Source: Spirochaetia bacterium
Lineage (GTDB): Bacteria; Spirochaetota; Spirochaetia; UBA9216
Assembly: GCA_965140585.1 (NCBI GenBank)
Contig: OZ223265.1
Span: 288,001-352,000 of the forward strand
Direction: 5' to 3'
DNA: 64,000 nucleotides
In this document: piece by piece, positions 9,436 through 19,824 of the stretch
Layout: every line of letters begins with the position of its first letter
Numbering within the stretch: the stretch's first letter is position 1
The notes under the pieces: generated by a model
The model's input: the letters and a program-made list of their open reading frames with translations, nothing else
The model's database searches: none
What the model was told of the DNA's origin: nothing
Made by a program: the position numbers and the translations under genes

Positions 9436-10746
9436 TTATACCAACCCAAGTCCTGAAATAATTGCAGCCGCTATGGTCATCACAAAGGTCAGAATTACTG
9501 TGGTCTGAAATATACTCGGAGAGATTTCCTTAACCGACAATCCCATCATACCCGCACAGAGCGGAACAGAGGGGTTGTTCGGAAGCGAATCGAATACCTG
9601 GGAATTCCAGATTGCAATGAGAGCAATACCCATATCGCTCATCCCTGCCGGAGCTCCTATAGTCATGTAGAGTGCACCGACTACTGCAGCACCGGACGAA
9701 CCGGCAAACCCCATCATGATGAGACAGAGGATAATCATAATCAGGTTAACGTGCATTCCGCTGGCTCCGAGAAAGTCGGTTATTACCTACATGCCAGAAG
9801 AGGTGGCCATTGCCATCGCCGGAACCATAAACATCATGAAAGCCAGAGGCAGGGCAAGAGTTCCGCTGTTTACAGTTTAAATTACAGTGAAGAACTTCGA
9901 TTTGCCGTCTTCTGCTACAATAAAGGGTCCGAATATAACTGCTGACAGAGCCGCTCCGATCATAAGAGCCTGCCAGCCCTGAAGATGAAGGTAGTTATAG
10001 GCACCGAAAACTGCAAGCAGCGGAATCGACGAAAGAACCCAGTGGGACTTCCTCGGGCCGAATTCCTCAGGTACCTTGAATGCAACTTCAGTGAATCTAC
10101 TGCCTGCTTTTACATCCTTGTCAATCTTATAGGTTAGAAACATCGAACTTTGAAGGAGCCAGATTAGCATCATCACAAGACGGAGTACCATTGTGCTGCC
10201 TGTAGTAAAATCAGGAATAAATTTCTCAAGCATCATATTTACAATAGTTGGTGTTCCCGGAATGAGGTTTCCGATACTTGATGCAATCATGATGAGCGCA
10301 GGTGTATATTTACTGGGCATATTGGCCTTTCTGAATGCCACAACAACCATTGCCGTCATTGTTGGAATGTCCGCCCCTGCACTGATTCCCGCCAGGCCGA
10401 GAAGAAACCTTGCCAGGATGATAACCCAGATAACAGCAAAATAGCGGCCCTTTCCTTCATCCATTTTGTCAACGGGAATCATCAGAAAATCAGCAAGGGA
10501 TTTTATCGCCCCTGATTTAGCGTATAACAGGCCCATAACACCGCCGAGGATGAAAAGCGGTCCCATCATCGTAAAAACTCCGCTTACCATTCCCATGGCG
10601 GCATTCCACCCCTGAGTCACGACGGAAGCACCGGTTACCACAATCATCAGAGTTCCAACAAAGCCTGCGATGGCAGGATTCAGCCCCTTATAAATGTCTA
10701 TACTTAAAAACACTATTGCACAAAGAATTCCCGAAACAGAAAGCAT
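9436..10746 (-). pseudogene. GntP/IT-superfamily organic acid transporter with two in-frame stops
   Basis: ORFs 9877-10746 and 9436-9756 are in the same frame, separated by a TAA and a TAG; PGTPTIVN and DSLPNN motifs. Confidence 0.75.
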
Positions 10747-10891
10747 TCACTTCTCCTATAAAACAGACTCCGGCAATTATAAGTTATTGGGATTCCTGCT
10801 GTCTAATTCAATTACTGCATAAACTTCATAACATTCTTTTATAAACTTCCACAAATTGATTAGCATTGAATATTGGTTTATAGTTGTTTTA

Positions 10892-11959
10892 ATGGATTTT
10901 TTAAAGCAGATCCGTGAAAAATGGAGCAGATTTATACTCGGAAGATACGAAGGCTACAGCTTCTATGAAAGAAGAAAGGCCGAATACTCATCTGCCTTTA
11001 TGCTGCTTCTTCTACTGTACATCATACCAACTATAGTTATTGATTTTATCACTACTGATGTTAAACCCATTGAAATTCTGTCCTACTTTCTCTACTACCT
11101 GATTATCCTGATATTAATCATTATTCTCAGAACCGGAAAAATTAAATTTATATCATGGGCCCTTACCGCACTGGGCTGCCTCAGGGGGATTCAGGTCTTT
11201 TTTATTCCCGAATCGGTGCACTTCTACTCTCAGTACTACCTGGCAATACTGGCCATCAGCCTAATTTTCCTTTACAGAATTCAGACTTATATCATCTATA
11301 TCATTTTCAATATCATGCTGATCTGCCGTCCATTTATTGTTTCGCACTATATCAGCAGCGGAAGGCTTCCGGATTCAGCCTTTACCCAGACTCTTTATGC
11401 CATTGCAAGCGGAATCATTTTTACTCTTACAGCCGATTTTATAACGAGAATCATTGAGAAGGAAATTCACGAATCGCAGAAACTTGAAACCCTTGCACTG
11501 ACAGACCAGCTCACCGGACTTGCTAACCGCAGAAAACTTGAAGAACTGTATACCCACGGCCTTACTTCGGAAACTGTACGGACAATGTTGTTAATAGACC
11601 TGGATCTTTTTAAATCAGTAAATGATGATTTCGGTCATGAAGAGGGCGACCGCGTTCTAAAGGAATTTTCCGTACTTCTTGACAGCAGTCTCAGAGAAGG
11701 CGATTCTTCCTACCGCTGGGGAGGAGAAGAGTTTATTGCAATACTGACCGGACAGGATCTGGATGCAGGTATGATAGTTGCGGAACGTATTCTTGAAAAA
11801 GTCTCAAAACATAACTTCGGGATTGGCCGCCAAATAACAGTCAGCATTGGCCTGACTGAAGGGCTTGCAGGGGACAGACTTGATACTATGTTCAGCAGGG
11901 CCGACAAGGCGCTTTACAGAGCAAAAAACCTCGGAAGGAACCGTATTGAGGTTGAATAG
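10892..11959 (+). CDS. membrane-bound diguanylate cyclase (GGDEF)
   Basis: N-terminal TMs; TDQLTGLANRR, DLDLFKSVND, RWGGEEF, ADKALYRAK; start reassigned to ATG 10892. Confidence 0.92.
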   Translation: MDFLKQIREKWSRFILGRYEGYSFYERRKAEYSSAFMLLLLLYIIPTIVIDFITTDVKPIEILSYFLYYLIILILIIILRTGKIKFISWALTALGCLRGIQVFFIPESVHFYSQYYLAILAISLIFLYRIQTYIIYIIFNIMLICRPFIVSHYISSGRLPDSAFTQTLYAIASGIIFTLTADFITRIIEKEIHESQKLETLALTDQLTGLANRRKLEELYTHGLTSETVRTMLLIDLDLFKSVNDDFGHEEGDRVLKEFSVLLDSSLREGDSSYRWGGEEFIAILTGQDLDAGMIVAERILEKVSKHNFGIGRQITVSIGLTEGLAGDRLDTMFSRADKALYRAKNLGRNRIEVE

Positions 11960-11987
11960 ATAAAACCTAAGGGTTTATTATTCAATC

Positions 11988-12467
11988 ATGAAACAGAAAA
12001 AAATTGCCCTTGTGGCTCACGATAACCGTAAAAAAGATCTTATTGAATGGGTCGAATTCAACTGGGAAACACTGATCCCTCACAAACTCTACTGTACAGG
12101 AACGACAGGAAGTCTGGTTGAACAGGCTATTCTTGCAAAAATTGCCCGAGATTCTGAAAACAATAATTTCACCGAGAAGGATTTGAAACTTGAAAAGATG
12201 AAATCGGGACCTCTCGGCGGAGATCAGCAGCTTGGAGCACTTATATCAGAGGGAAAGATCGATATGATGATATTCCTCTGGGATCCAATGGAGCCCCAGC
12301 CTCATGATGTCGATGTCAAAGCCCTTACCCGAATTGCAGTCCTGTATAATGTGCCGATTGCGAACAACAGAGCCACAGCAGACTATATGATCTCATCACC
12401 GCTGTTCAAATCTGACTATAAGCCGGTACTCAAGGATTATTCGTCCTATATAAACCGGACTGTCTGA
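11988..12467 (+). CDS. mgsA: methylglyoxal synthase
   Basis: IALVAHD, TGTTG, SGPLGGDQQ, PHDVDVKAL. Confidence 0.95.
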   Translation: MKQKKIALVAHDNRKKDLIEWVEFNWETLIPHKLYCTGTTGSLVEQAILAKIARDSENNNFTEKDLKLEKMKSGPLGGDQQLGALISEGKIDMMIFLWDPMEPQPHDVDVKALTRIAVLYNVPIANNRATADYMISSPLFKSDYKPVLKDYSSYINRTV

Positions 12468-12480
12468 GCAAAGACCTGAA

Positions 12481-13869
12481 TTAGAACATCAGATCAATTT
12501 TCTCTTTAAACGTCAATAGCTCGTCCTCTACTGACAGAGTATCATCTTCTACAAGCCTCCGCAGCAGTTCCGCCCATTCTGTCGCAAATTCAAAAAAATA
12601 GGGTTCAGGAGTAAAAAGAATTGATGTGCCTTCTATTGTTACATTAAAAGCCTCAAGATAACTTTCAGATTCACTTATCATTTCTATGAACGCAGGATCA
12701 TAAAAAACAGACTGACGCGGAGGGTTAACTGATTTTGCACTGACTGCAGCATCAAGCTGGAATTCTCTTCCTGTAAAATATTGCACAAACATCCAGGCAG
12801 CATTTTTACTTTCGGACCTGCTGTTAATTGCAAGCCCCCACACCCATAAATTTGACTGCAGAGCCCTCCCCTGTGCGGACTCCGGCATCGGAGCTTTCAC
12901 CCAGGCAATATTTCCCGCCTCACGTGAACCGCCTTCAACATTCTGAAAATAACTGACAATATCTGCATCAAAAAGCATTGCTGCCTTACCCGCACCAAAA
13001 TCTCTTGATGCATGATACCAGGTGTATGACGGCCACTGCGGCGAGGCACCTGCTCTGATAATTTCTATCCATTTACTTATCATCTCTACAGCCTGGGCAG
13101 AATCAACAGCAGAAATAAGCCTGCCGTCACTGATTTCAAAATCTACAGCTCCATAATTTGCATAAGTTGTCATAAAACCGGGATGAGTAGTAGCCCAGTT
13201 ACACGTTCCCCTCAATGCAATAGCATAGGTTCCCGGACCTCCGAACTCATCAAGTGAATAACAGAGCTCAAGTAACTGCTCCATCGTAGTCGGAGGAGAC
13301 AGCCCCATTTCTGTGAAGATTCTTTTGTTATAGGCAAGAACATACTGTTCGAACCCCATTGGAATAGCCCAGAGAGGACCGCTTCCGGGACGATGTCCTG
13401 TGACGGTATCCCACCTGAATGCCCCTATGATGTTGGGAAAGAAATCCTGTACGTTGTAATCTTCAGATGTGATTCGCCTGTCTTCAAGGAAATCATCAAA
13501 ATCGGCAAGAAGACTGCGTGCACTGTAATCCCAAATCTGATACGCTCCGGTCATGAAGACATCAGGATCTCCGGATTCTGATTCGAGCATGTAATTTATT
13601 CTGTCAAAATAGTTCTCTTCAGGAGTGAAGGAGTAATGAACCGAAATACCTGTAAGATTCTCAAATTTCTTCAACTGCTTTATTACAGCTGCGGAATAGG
13701 GATGCTGATTAAATTCGACTTCTATTACTTCACCGGCCTGAGAGTCCCAGCTGAAGCCCGGAGATTCTACGGCGGTTTCTGTTTCCTGTTCTGAAGAGGA
13801 TTTTTTTGTACCGCACCCCGAGAAGAGGATTAAACCTGCAATAAGAATAAAAATAAGCGATATTTTCAT
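12481..13869 (-). CDS. sugar ABC-type substrate-binding lipoprotein
   Basis: Lipobox LFSGC; PDVFM, LAYNKRIF, FGAGKAAM, WGLAIN...AAWMFVQY (SBP family 1). Confidence 0.88.
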   Translation of the reverse strand: MKISLIFILIAGLILFSGCGTKKSSSEQETETAVESPGFSWDSQAGEVIEVEFNQHPYSAAVIKQLKKFENLTGISVHYSFTPEENYFDRINYMLESESGDPDVFMTGAYQIWDYSARSLLADFDDFLEDRRITSEDYNVQDFFPNIIGAFRWDTVTGHRPGSGPLWAIPMGFEQYVLAYNKRIFTEMGLSPPTTMEQLLELCYSLDEFGGPGTYAIALRGTCNWATTHPGFMTTYANYGAVDFEISDGRLISAVDSAQAVEMISKWIEIIRAGASPQWPSYTWYHASRDFGAGKAAMLFDADIVSYFQNVEGGSREAGNIAWVKAPMPESAQGRALQSNLWVWGLAINSRSESKNAAWMFVQYFTGREFQLDAAVSAKSVNPPRQSVFYDPAFIEMISESESYLEAFNVTIEGTSILFTPEPYFFEFATEWAELLRRLVEDDTLSVEDELLTFKEKIDLMF

Positions 13870-13875
13870 ATCAAC

Positions 13876-14268
13876 CTAACCGGTCAGTTCTTCTATTTTC
13901 TCAGCAATCTGACTGAAGTCCCATGGTTTGGTTATCACACTCTCAAGTCTGAGCTTTTCTCTCAAAGCAGATATAGCACCATCATCTCTCTGTCCGGTTA
14001 TTATCATTTTATGTGTTTCAGGATGCTTTTCATCAGTTTTCAGAAGGAATTCATCACCGCTCATACCGGGCATAACCCAGTCGGAAATGATGAGAAAAAC
14101 AGAACCGCCTTCTTCGTAAATTTCATCAATAATCTCCAGAGCTTCAATTCCGTTTACAGCAGTTTCATATGAAAAATCTCCGCCGAAATAATTCATAAGC
14201 TCCAGCTTTAATGCATAGAGAATAATGGCTTCATCATCAACGCATATAATATATTTACTCTTCATCAA
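13876..14268 (-). CDS. single-domain response regulator (receiver)
   Basis: ICVDDE, ISDWVMPGMSG, IITG, KPW. Confidence 0.9.
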   Translation of the reverse strand: MMKSKYIICVDDEAIILYALKLELMNYFGGDFSYETAVNGIEALEIIDEIYEEGGSVFLIISDWVMPGMSGDEFLLKTDEKHPETHKMIITGQRDDGAISALREKLRLESVITKPWDFSQIAEKIEELTG

Positions 14269-16075
14269 TCCTCCTGAATAGTATTGAAAAAACTGTATTA
14301 CCGGGAATACTGCTGAAAGTTACATCACCGTCTATCCTGTTCAAAATATTCTTTACCAGATTAAGGCCTATTCCGCTTCCCTCTCCGTATTTCTTGGTGG
14401 TAAAAAAGGAATTAAAAATCATCGACTGTATTTCTTCAGGTATTCCTGGTCCGGTATCTGAAAAGGAGACAGAAAGACCATCCGGAACTTCATTTACTTT
14501 TATCTCAAGTCTGCCGGAATAGCGCATCGCCTGAAGGGCGTTGTTGATCAAATTTATCCAGATTAAATTCAGCTGATCTTCGAAGCAGATAATTTTTTTC
14601 TCCGAATTATAGAATTTCTCAATTGTTACATTGCCTACAGTTTTCGTGAAATAGAGTTTTAGTACATTATCAATTGATTCTGAAGGACTTATTGCTGTAA
14701 GGGCTCCTTCGGATTCCGTATATGCCAGGGCTCTGAGAGATTTTATTACAACAGCCATCTTCTCCTCAGAGTTTTCGATGACTTCACCAATCGAATACAG
14801 GGTGGATATAATTGAGGCAGTTTCTACTATTCCGGATCCATGATTCAGTTTTAAAATTTTTATAAACCGTTCCAGATCTTTCGGAGGAAATTTCAATTCC
14901 ATGAAATATTGCGAGAACAGCTCCGGATTATTTATTTCATTTTCAATCAGACAGGCTTTAACCTTATTTCTAAGCCGGCGATCAGTGGAAAGAAACATAC
15001 CCTCTTTGTCCTTCCGGATTCCCAGAATCATTGTTTTGAACGCTTCAACCTCCGCAGAGTTCCATTCAATTATTTCACCGCTGATTGTCTTTAGAATCTC
15101 ATCAAGCTGATTCCTGAGCGTCCTGGTAGATGACTTTATTGCTCCAAGCGGTGTGTTAACTTCATGAGAGAGACCTGCAGCCAGCTGTCCAAGAACTGCT
15201 TTTTTTTCGGAAAATATCAGCTGATCCTGTGTCTGCTTGAGTGAGTTCATCGCCGTTTCAAGCTTTTTATTTGTTCTGATAAGGTTATTATTAGCGGTCT
15301 CAAGTTCACTGTTTGATTCCTCAAGCTGGGCGGTCCGTTCATAAACCTTGAGTTCAAGTTCCTCATTTTTCAACCGCAATGAATCCCACAGCTTTTGACT
15401 GAATTTCACAGAGATAAAGATGGTAAAGGCTACGATAAGTGCAACAATAGCCATGGATATTTTCATTCTTCGGTTGTTGGATAATACAATCTCAGAGTTC
15501 AGATTCTCAGAATTCAAAGACAGTGCTTCCAGCATTCTTTCTGAATAAACCTGTGAAAGTGATTCCAGGTTTTTCCGAATCCTGATAAGGTTGGCAAAAT
15601 CTTTACCGGAATCGGTACCTCTGTTCCGATCGGCCTGAATCATAAGCAGAACTCCGATTTTCTCGGAATCAAAAAAATTATCAGACGTAAAAATCACGGA
15701 AAAATCGTGATATAACTCTTTAAAAATATTCAGCTGCAGCATCCATAAAGTTTCTATCTGATTAAACTGGGCATCTGATTTCTCTGAAAACAATTCTCTT
15801 GAGGGATGGGTCTGCATTATTTGATAAATCTCTTCAAAATCACTCACAGACTGCTGCCACTGAAAATACATAATCTCAAGAGAAATATCACTTGAAAGAA
15901 GGGCTAAAGTACGATCATTCATCCGGGTATAATAGTTAATACAGAGAAGTGAAGTCTCTCTAAGATTTTGAACCTTCTCAGTATAGCTATAGGAATATAA
16001 TAACACTGCAAAGGCTGAAAAAAATCCTAGAATCATTATCAGTATTGATACCAGAATTTTTGAGAATATTTTCAT
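14255..16075 (-). CDS. sensor histidine kinase
   Basis: Two TMs; H-box GLSHEVNTPLG, N-box NLINNALQAM, G1 DTGPGIP, G2 GEGSGIGL. Confidence 0.92.
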   Translation of the reverse strand: MKIFSKILVSILIMILGFFSAFAVLLYSYSYTEKVQNLRETSLLCINYYTRMNDRTLALLSSDISLEIMYFQWQQSVSDFEEIYQIMQTHPSRELFSEKSDAQFNQIETLWMLQLNIFKELYHDFSVIFTSDNFFDSEKIGVLLMIQADRNRGTDSGKDFANLIRIRKNLESLSQVYSERMLEALSLNSENLNSEIVLSNNRRMKISMAIVALIVAFTIFISVKFSQKLWDSLRLKNEELELKVYERTAQLEESNSELETANNNLIRTNKKLETAMNSLKQTQDQLIFSEKKAVLGQLAAGLSHEVNTPLGAIKSSTRTLRNQLDEILKTISGEIIEWNSAEVEAFKTMILGIRKDKEGMFLSTDRRLRNKVKACLIENEINNPELFSQYFMELKFPPKDLERFIKILKLNHGSGIVETASIISTLYSIGEVIENSEEKMAVVIKSLRALAYTESEGALTAISPSESIDNVLKLYFTKTVGNVTIEKFYNSEKKIICFEDQLNLIWINLINNALQAMRYSGRLEIKVNEVPDGLSVSFSDTGPGIPEEIQSMIFNSFFTTKKYGEGSGIGLNLVKNILNRIDGDVTFSSIPGNTVFSILFRRIDEE

Positions 16076-16253
16076 CCGGAACTCCGCCACTTTAGAACTT
16101 GACTTTTACGGCATTCAATACATTTGCTATCCTGTATATCATTATATGAAAATAAAATTGAAATTCCAAATTTATATCTCTGCATGCCAGTTCAAATTCT
16201 GTATCGAGGGTTCCGGTGATAAATAAAGAGAAATCTGGAAAATATTGCAGACG

Positions 16254-17531
16254 CTAGTCTTTTTTAGAAATCACACCCATCATCGGTGATTCTTTTACCA
16301 TGAGTATCAGAATCAGTGCGGCAACGGCCAGCAGACTGAAAAGGATCATCATTGTACCCAGATATATATTACTTCGAACACTCATAAGCGCTGTAAAAAG
16401 AAGTCCGGTGATCTGGCCTGCCAGAAGGAGAAGCCCCTGGGAGCTGGATTCGGGTGCCGGGTAGCTGACTTCGGCAGCATACTGAAAGCCCACAGGACCG
16501 GCACTCATAACAAAGAAACCGAGTACGAAGGCTGAAACAAGGGCCGCTGTATAGACAGCATCAGCAGAACTGAACAAAAGATCTGAAAAAGCAAGACCGG
16601 CAACCCCGGGAATCATTCCGGCCATGCAAATAACCAGAAACAGTTTGCGTTTCCGAAACTTATCGGAAAGCATCGGAATTACAATCGCACCTATTACCCC
16701 GCCCACTATCATCAGAACTCCTATCATGCCGTCTGAGTCATCAACTCCCAATGCACCTGAAATTGAGTCAACCATTGAACTTACAGCGTTGAATATCCCG
16801 AGGCCGATAAAAAACAGAACGATAGTCAGAACCATGTCTCTGCTTCCGAAGATGTATTTGAATCCCTCGGAAAATTTGGTATGCACATACTCTTCACCGG
16901 AAGGCTGCGTCGGCGGCTTTTCCTTGATAAGTACGAATGCTGCAGCTGCTGTCACTGCGCTTATAAGACCGTAGATCATCAGCATTGTATCAATTCCCTG
17001 TCCGTAGTCGGGATCGGAAGGGGAACCTGAAACAAGCATCGGCGTCACAGCCATGGCTATGGCAATCCCTATATACTGGGCAAGTGCAGCAAGCCCGGCG
17101 GCTGTACCGCGTTCTTCAAGCGGAAACCACCGCACTGTAACGGCAGTCACTGCATTGAGTATAAACGGCTGGGCAACAGCCAGTCCCGTCTGGGCAATCA
17201 TAACAAGAATAAAGCTTTCGCCACCGAAGCCCTTAAGCAGGCTGAACGCCGCGGTAAGAATACAGCCTATACCTAGTCCGGTTTTTATTCCAAAGGTGTC
17301 GATCACAAATGAAGCAGGAATACATACAATCAGAAATACAAACATGTACGACATTGCCAGAAAATCAATATTGAAGACAGACTCCGGACTGAACTGACCT
17401 GAGTAGAAAGCTTCAGCAGCCCGGGCTACCGAAGCATGCGCAAGCCACTGTATCTCTATCACCACCGTAACTGCCATGAAAGCGGCAAGAACAACCCACC
17501 TGTAACCATATACCTTGTAATCTTCCTGCAT
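16254..17531 (-). CDS. MFS transporter (FLVCR/SLC49-like)
   Basis: YKVYGYRWVVL start, AQPFILNA..VRWFPLEERGTA and AAEVSYPAPE motifs; about 12 TMs. Confidence 0.85.
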   Translation of the reverse strand: MQEDYKVYGYRWVVLAAFMAVTVVIEIQWLAHASVARAAEAFYSGQFSPESVFNIDFLAMSYMFVFLIVCIPASFVIDTFGIKTGLGIGCILTAAFSLLKGFGGESFILVMIAQTGLAVAQPFILNAVTAVTVRWFPLEERGTAAGLAALAQYIGIAIAMAVTPMLVSGSPSDPDYGQGIDTMLMIYGLISAVTAAAAFVLIKEKPPTQPSGEEYVHTKFSEGFKYIFGSRDMVLTIVLFFIGLGIFNAVSSMVDSISGALGVDDSDGMIGVLMIVGGVIGAIVIPMLSDKFRKRKLFLVICMAGMIPGVAGLAFSDLLFSSADAVYTAALVSAFVLGFFVMSAGPVGFQYAAEVSYPAPESSSQGLLLLAGQITGLLFTALMSVRSNIYLGTMMILFSLLAVAALILILMVKESPMMGVISKKD

Positions 17532-17563
17532 TTCTTCCTCCCGGACCTGATAGCAACTTCAGC

Positions 17564-19168
17564 TTAACTGCCGCTGTTCATCATGGAGAATAAGATCCTG
17601 TTCTGTCTGTATAGATTCTTGAAAACTTTATAGTTGCGGTCATAAACCTTCTTATTGCTCAGATCGGGGTAATACACATCCTGCTGCTTAATTCTGGAGG
17701 GTATTTCATCGAAGGAGCTCATCATCCCAAGCCCGAAAGCTGCTGTGAGAGCGGCGCCGAGGGCTCCGGAATTATGAGGGTTTTCAGGCACTTCAATTTC
17801 ATGACCGGTGACATCAGCCATGATCTGTGCAGTTACCGGAGAAAGTGCACCGCCTCCCGCAAATCTCAGCCGTTTATTGCATTTTACCCTTGTTTCGATG
17901 CTTTCCAGCATCCACCTGTTGCTATAGGCAAGGCCTTCAACAACAGCCCTTATCATATCCCTCTTGCCGCTACTCAGTCCGATGTTGAAAAAGATACCCC
18001 TTGCATTCGGGTCCTCAAATGGTGAACGGCTGCCGTGTAGCCATGGAGTAAAAATAACCCCGTCACAGCCGGGAGCTGTATCACTGATAACTTCATTTAA
18101 ATATTCAAAAAGATTTCGGTATATCGATTCCGGATCATCAGTCACTGAAGTTTTCTTAAGATAAATTCCAATTTCATCCAGTGCAAGATGATCCTTCACC
18201 CACTCCAGACACTTCCCTGATGTTTCCTGCTCACAGAAATAATGATAACGATCGGGAACAGCGCATGTGATGGATGCAATCTTGTGCTCAAGATCAAGCC
18301 TCCTATGCTTTGTCACGGCAGAAACCCAGCCTGAAGTTCCCATGTAGATATGGGCCGAGTTTTCACTGACAGCACCGGCGCCAAGCCCAATCATCGAAGC
18401 ATCTCCGCCGCCGCCGAATACGATTGTACCCGGTTCCAAGCCCATAGCCTCAGCCCATTCCGGAAGCAGAACCCCGGCCGGTTCATGTGATTCAATAATA
18501 GAAGGTAGATGCTCATAATTTACACCGTAGCGTCTGCACAGTGATTTGCTCCAGCAGTTTTTACCCGGCCGGTTGTCAAAAAGACCTGCTGCGCAGGCGG
18601 AATCGCGGGTAGCAACAGCCTTTCCGGTAAGCCTGAAGATTATAAAATCCTTTACGTCAAACCAGTATGCAGTCCTTTTGAAGATATCAGGCTCATTCTC
18701 TTTAACCCAATGATACTTCCATAGCGGATCTTTTACGCTTGTAGGAGCAATTCCTGTAATTTTTATGCTTGAAAGAAGGGTAAAAACCGGAATCCCTTCA
18801 ATTTTTAACCCGCGGCCGAAATCAGCTTTCTGCTTCACAGCCCGCTGATCCATATAACTCATCGCAGACCTTACCGGGAGACCTTCTGCATCGGTAAGAA
18901 CAAGCCCCTGCATTTGAGATGAAAATGAAACAGCCTTTACAGCGGCAGGCTCCATGCCTGATTCATTAATCACTTCCTTTGTGGTCTCGGTAAGGGCTTC
19001 TATCCAGTCCTCCGGATTCTGCTCCGCAGCACCGCTGGCAGATATCGTAATTGCATACTCCTGCATCGAACTTCCAAGCAGTTCAAACACATCACCGATC
19101 CGGTACAGACAGGTTTTTATACTCGTCGTTCCTATATCATAGGCAAGGATGCAGGTTTCGCTTTTCAT
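17564..19168 (-). CDS. FGGY-family carbohydrate kinase (xylulokinase-like)
   Basis: LAYDIGTT, GGGGDA, GTSGW, PWLHGSRSP, AGGGALS. Confidence 0.9.
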   Translation of the reverse strand: MKSETCILAYDIGTTSIKTCLYRIGDVFELLGSSMQEYAITISASGAAEQNPEDWIEALTETTKEVINESGMEPAAVKAVSFSSQMQGLVLTDAEGLPVRSAMSYMDQRAVKQKADFGRGLKIEGIPVFTLLSSIKITGIAPTSVKDPLWKYHWVKENEPDIFKRTAYWFDVKDFIIFRLTGKAVATRDSACAAGLFDNRPGKNCWSKSLCRRYGVNYEHLPSIIESHEPAGVLLPEWAEAMGLEPGTIVFGGGGDASMIGLGAGAVSENSAHIYMGTSGWVSAVTKHRRLDLEHKIASITCAVPDRYHYFCEQETSGKCLEWVKDHLALDEIGIYLKKTSVTDDPESIYRNLFEYLNEVISDTAPGCDGVIFTPWLHGSRSPFEDPNARGIFFNIGLSSGKRDMIRAVVEGLAYSNRWMLESIETRVKCNKRLRFAGGGALSPVTAQIMADVTGHEIEVPENPHNSGALGAALTAAFGLGMMSSFDEIPSRIKQQDVYYPDLSNKKVYDRNYKVFKNLYRQNRILFSMMNSGS

Positions 19169-19824
19169 TTATCTTTCATCCTGATTTTTGAATATTTTTT
19201 AAGGTAGATCTGATGCATCAGTCCGGCCTCAAACTTATTTATTGATTTTGCACCGCCAAGGAACTCCGCCTCAATAAAAGCTTTACAGCCCTTCTCTAAA
19301 ACCTCGGCAGCGGTGAAAACCTCATCGATATCGCGGCCCAGACAGACTGCACCGTGATTTGCCATCAAAGCCGCATTCCGCCCCCTAAGCGCCTTCAGTG
19401 TCTTTTTCACAATTGCCTTCGTACTGGGCAAAGCATAATCTGCCACCCTGACAGTCGGTCCAATAATCTGGGCAAGATCATCAAGCACTGGCGGAACCTC
19501 ACGTCTTGCCGCGGCGGCAACACTGGCATTTGTACTGTGGGTGTGGATAACAGCATTAATATCCCTGCGGTCTCGGTAAATTGCTGAATGCAGTTTGTAT
19601 TCGCTGGAAGGTTTTGCAGAACCGCTCCAGCTGTCATCGGAAATCTTCACAAGTGCAAGGTCTTCAGGCTGTATCGAAAGATAATCGGCGCCGCTTGGAG
19701 TAACAAGCATCTCATCATCGGAAAACCGCAGACTGATATTACCCCAGGTTCCGGTAGTCAGGCCTGATTCAACAAAACGAAATCCCGCATCACGCAGAAT
19801 TATTCTTGCATCAGCTTCTGTCAT
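19165..19824 (-). CDS. class II aldolase (L-fuculose-1-phosphate aldolase-like)
   Basis: GTWGNIS, TPSG, PSSEYKLH, HTHS and NHG Zn-binding motifs. Confidence 0.9.
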   Translation of the reverse strand: MTEADARIILRDAGFRFVESGLTTGTWGNISLRFSDDEMLVTPSGADYLSIQPEDLALVKISDDSWSGSAKPSSEYKLHSAIYRDRRDINAVIHTHSTNASVAAAARREVPPVLDDLAQIIGPTVRVADYALPSTKAIVKKTLKALRGRNAALMANHGAVCLGRDIDEVFTAAEVLEKGCKAFIEAEFLGGAKSINKFEAGLMHQIYLKKYSKIRMKDK

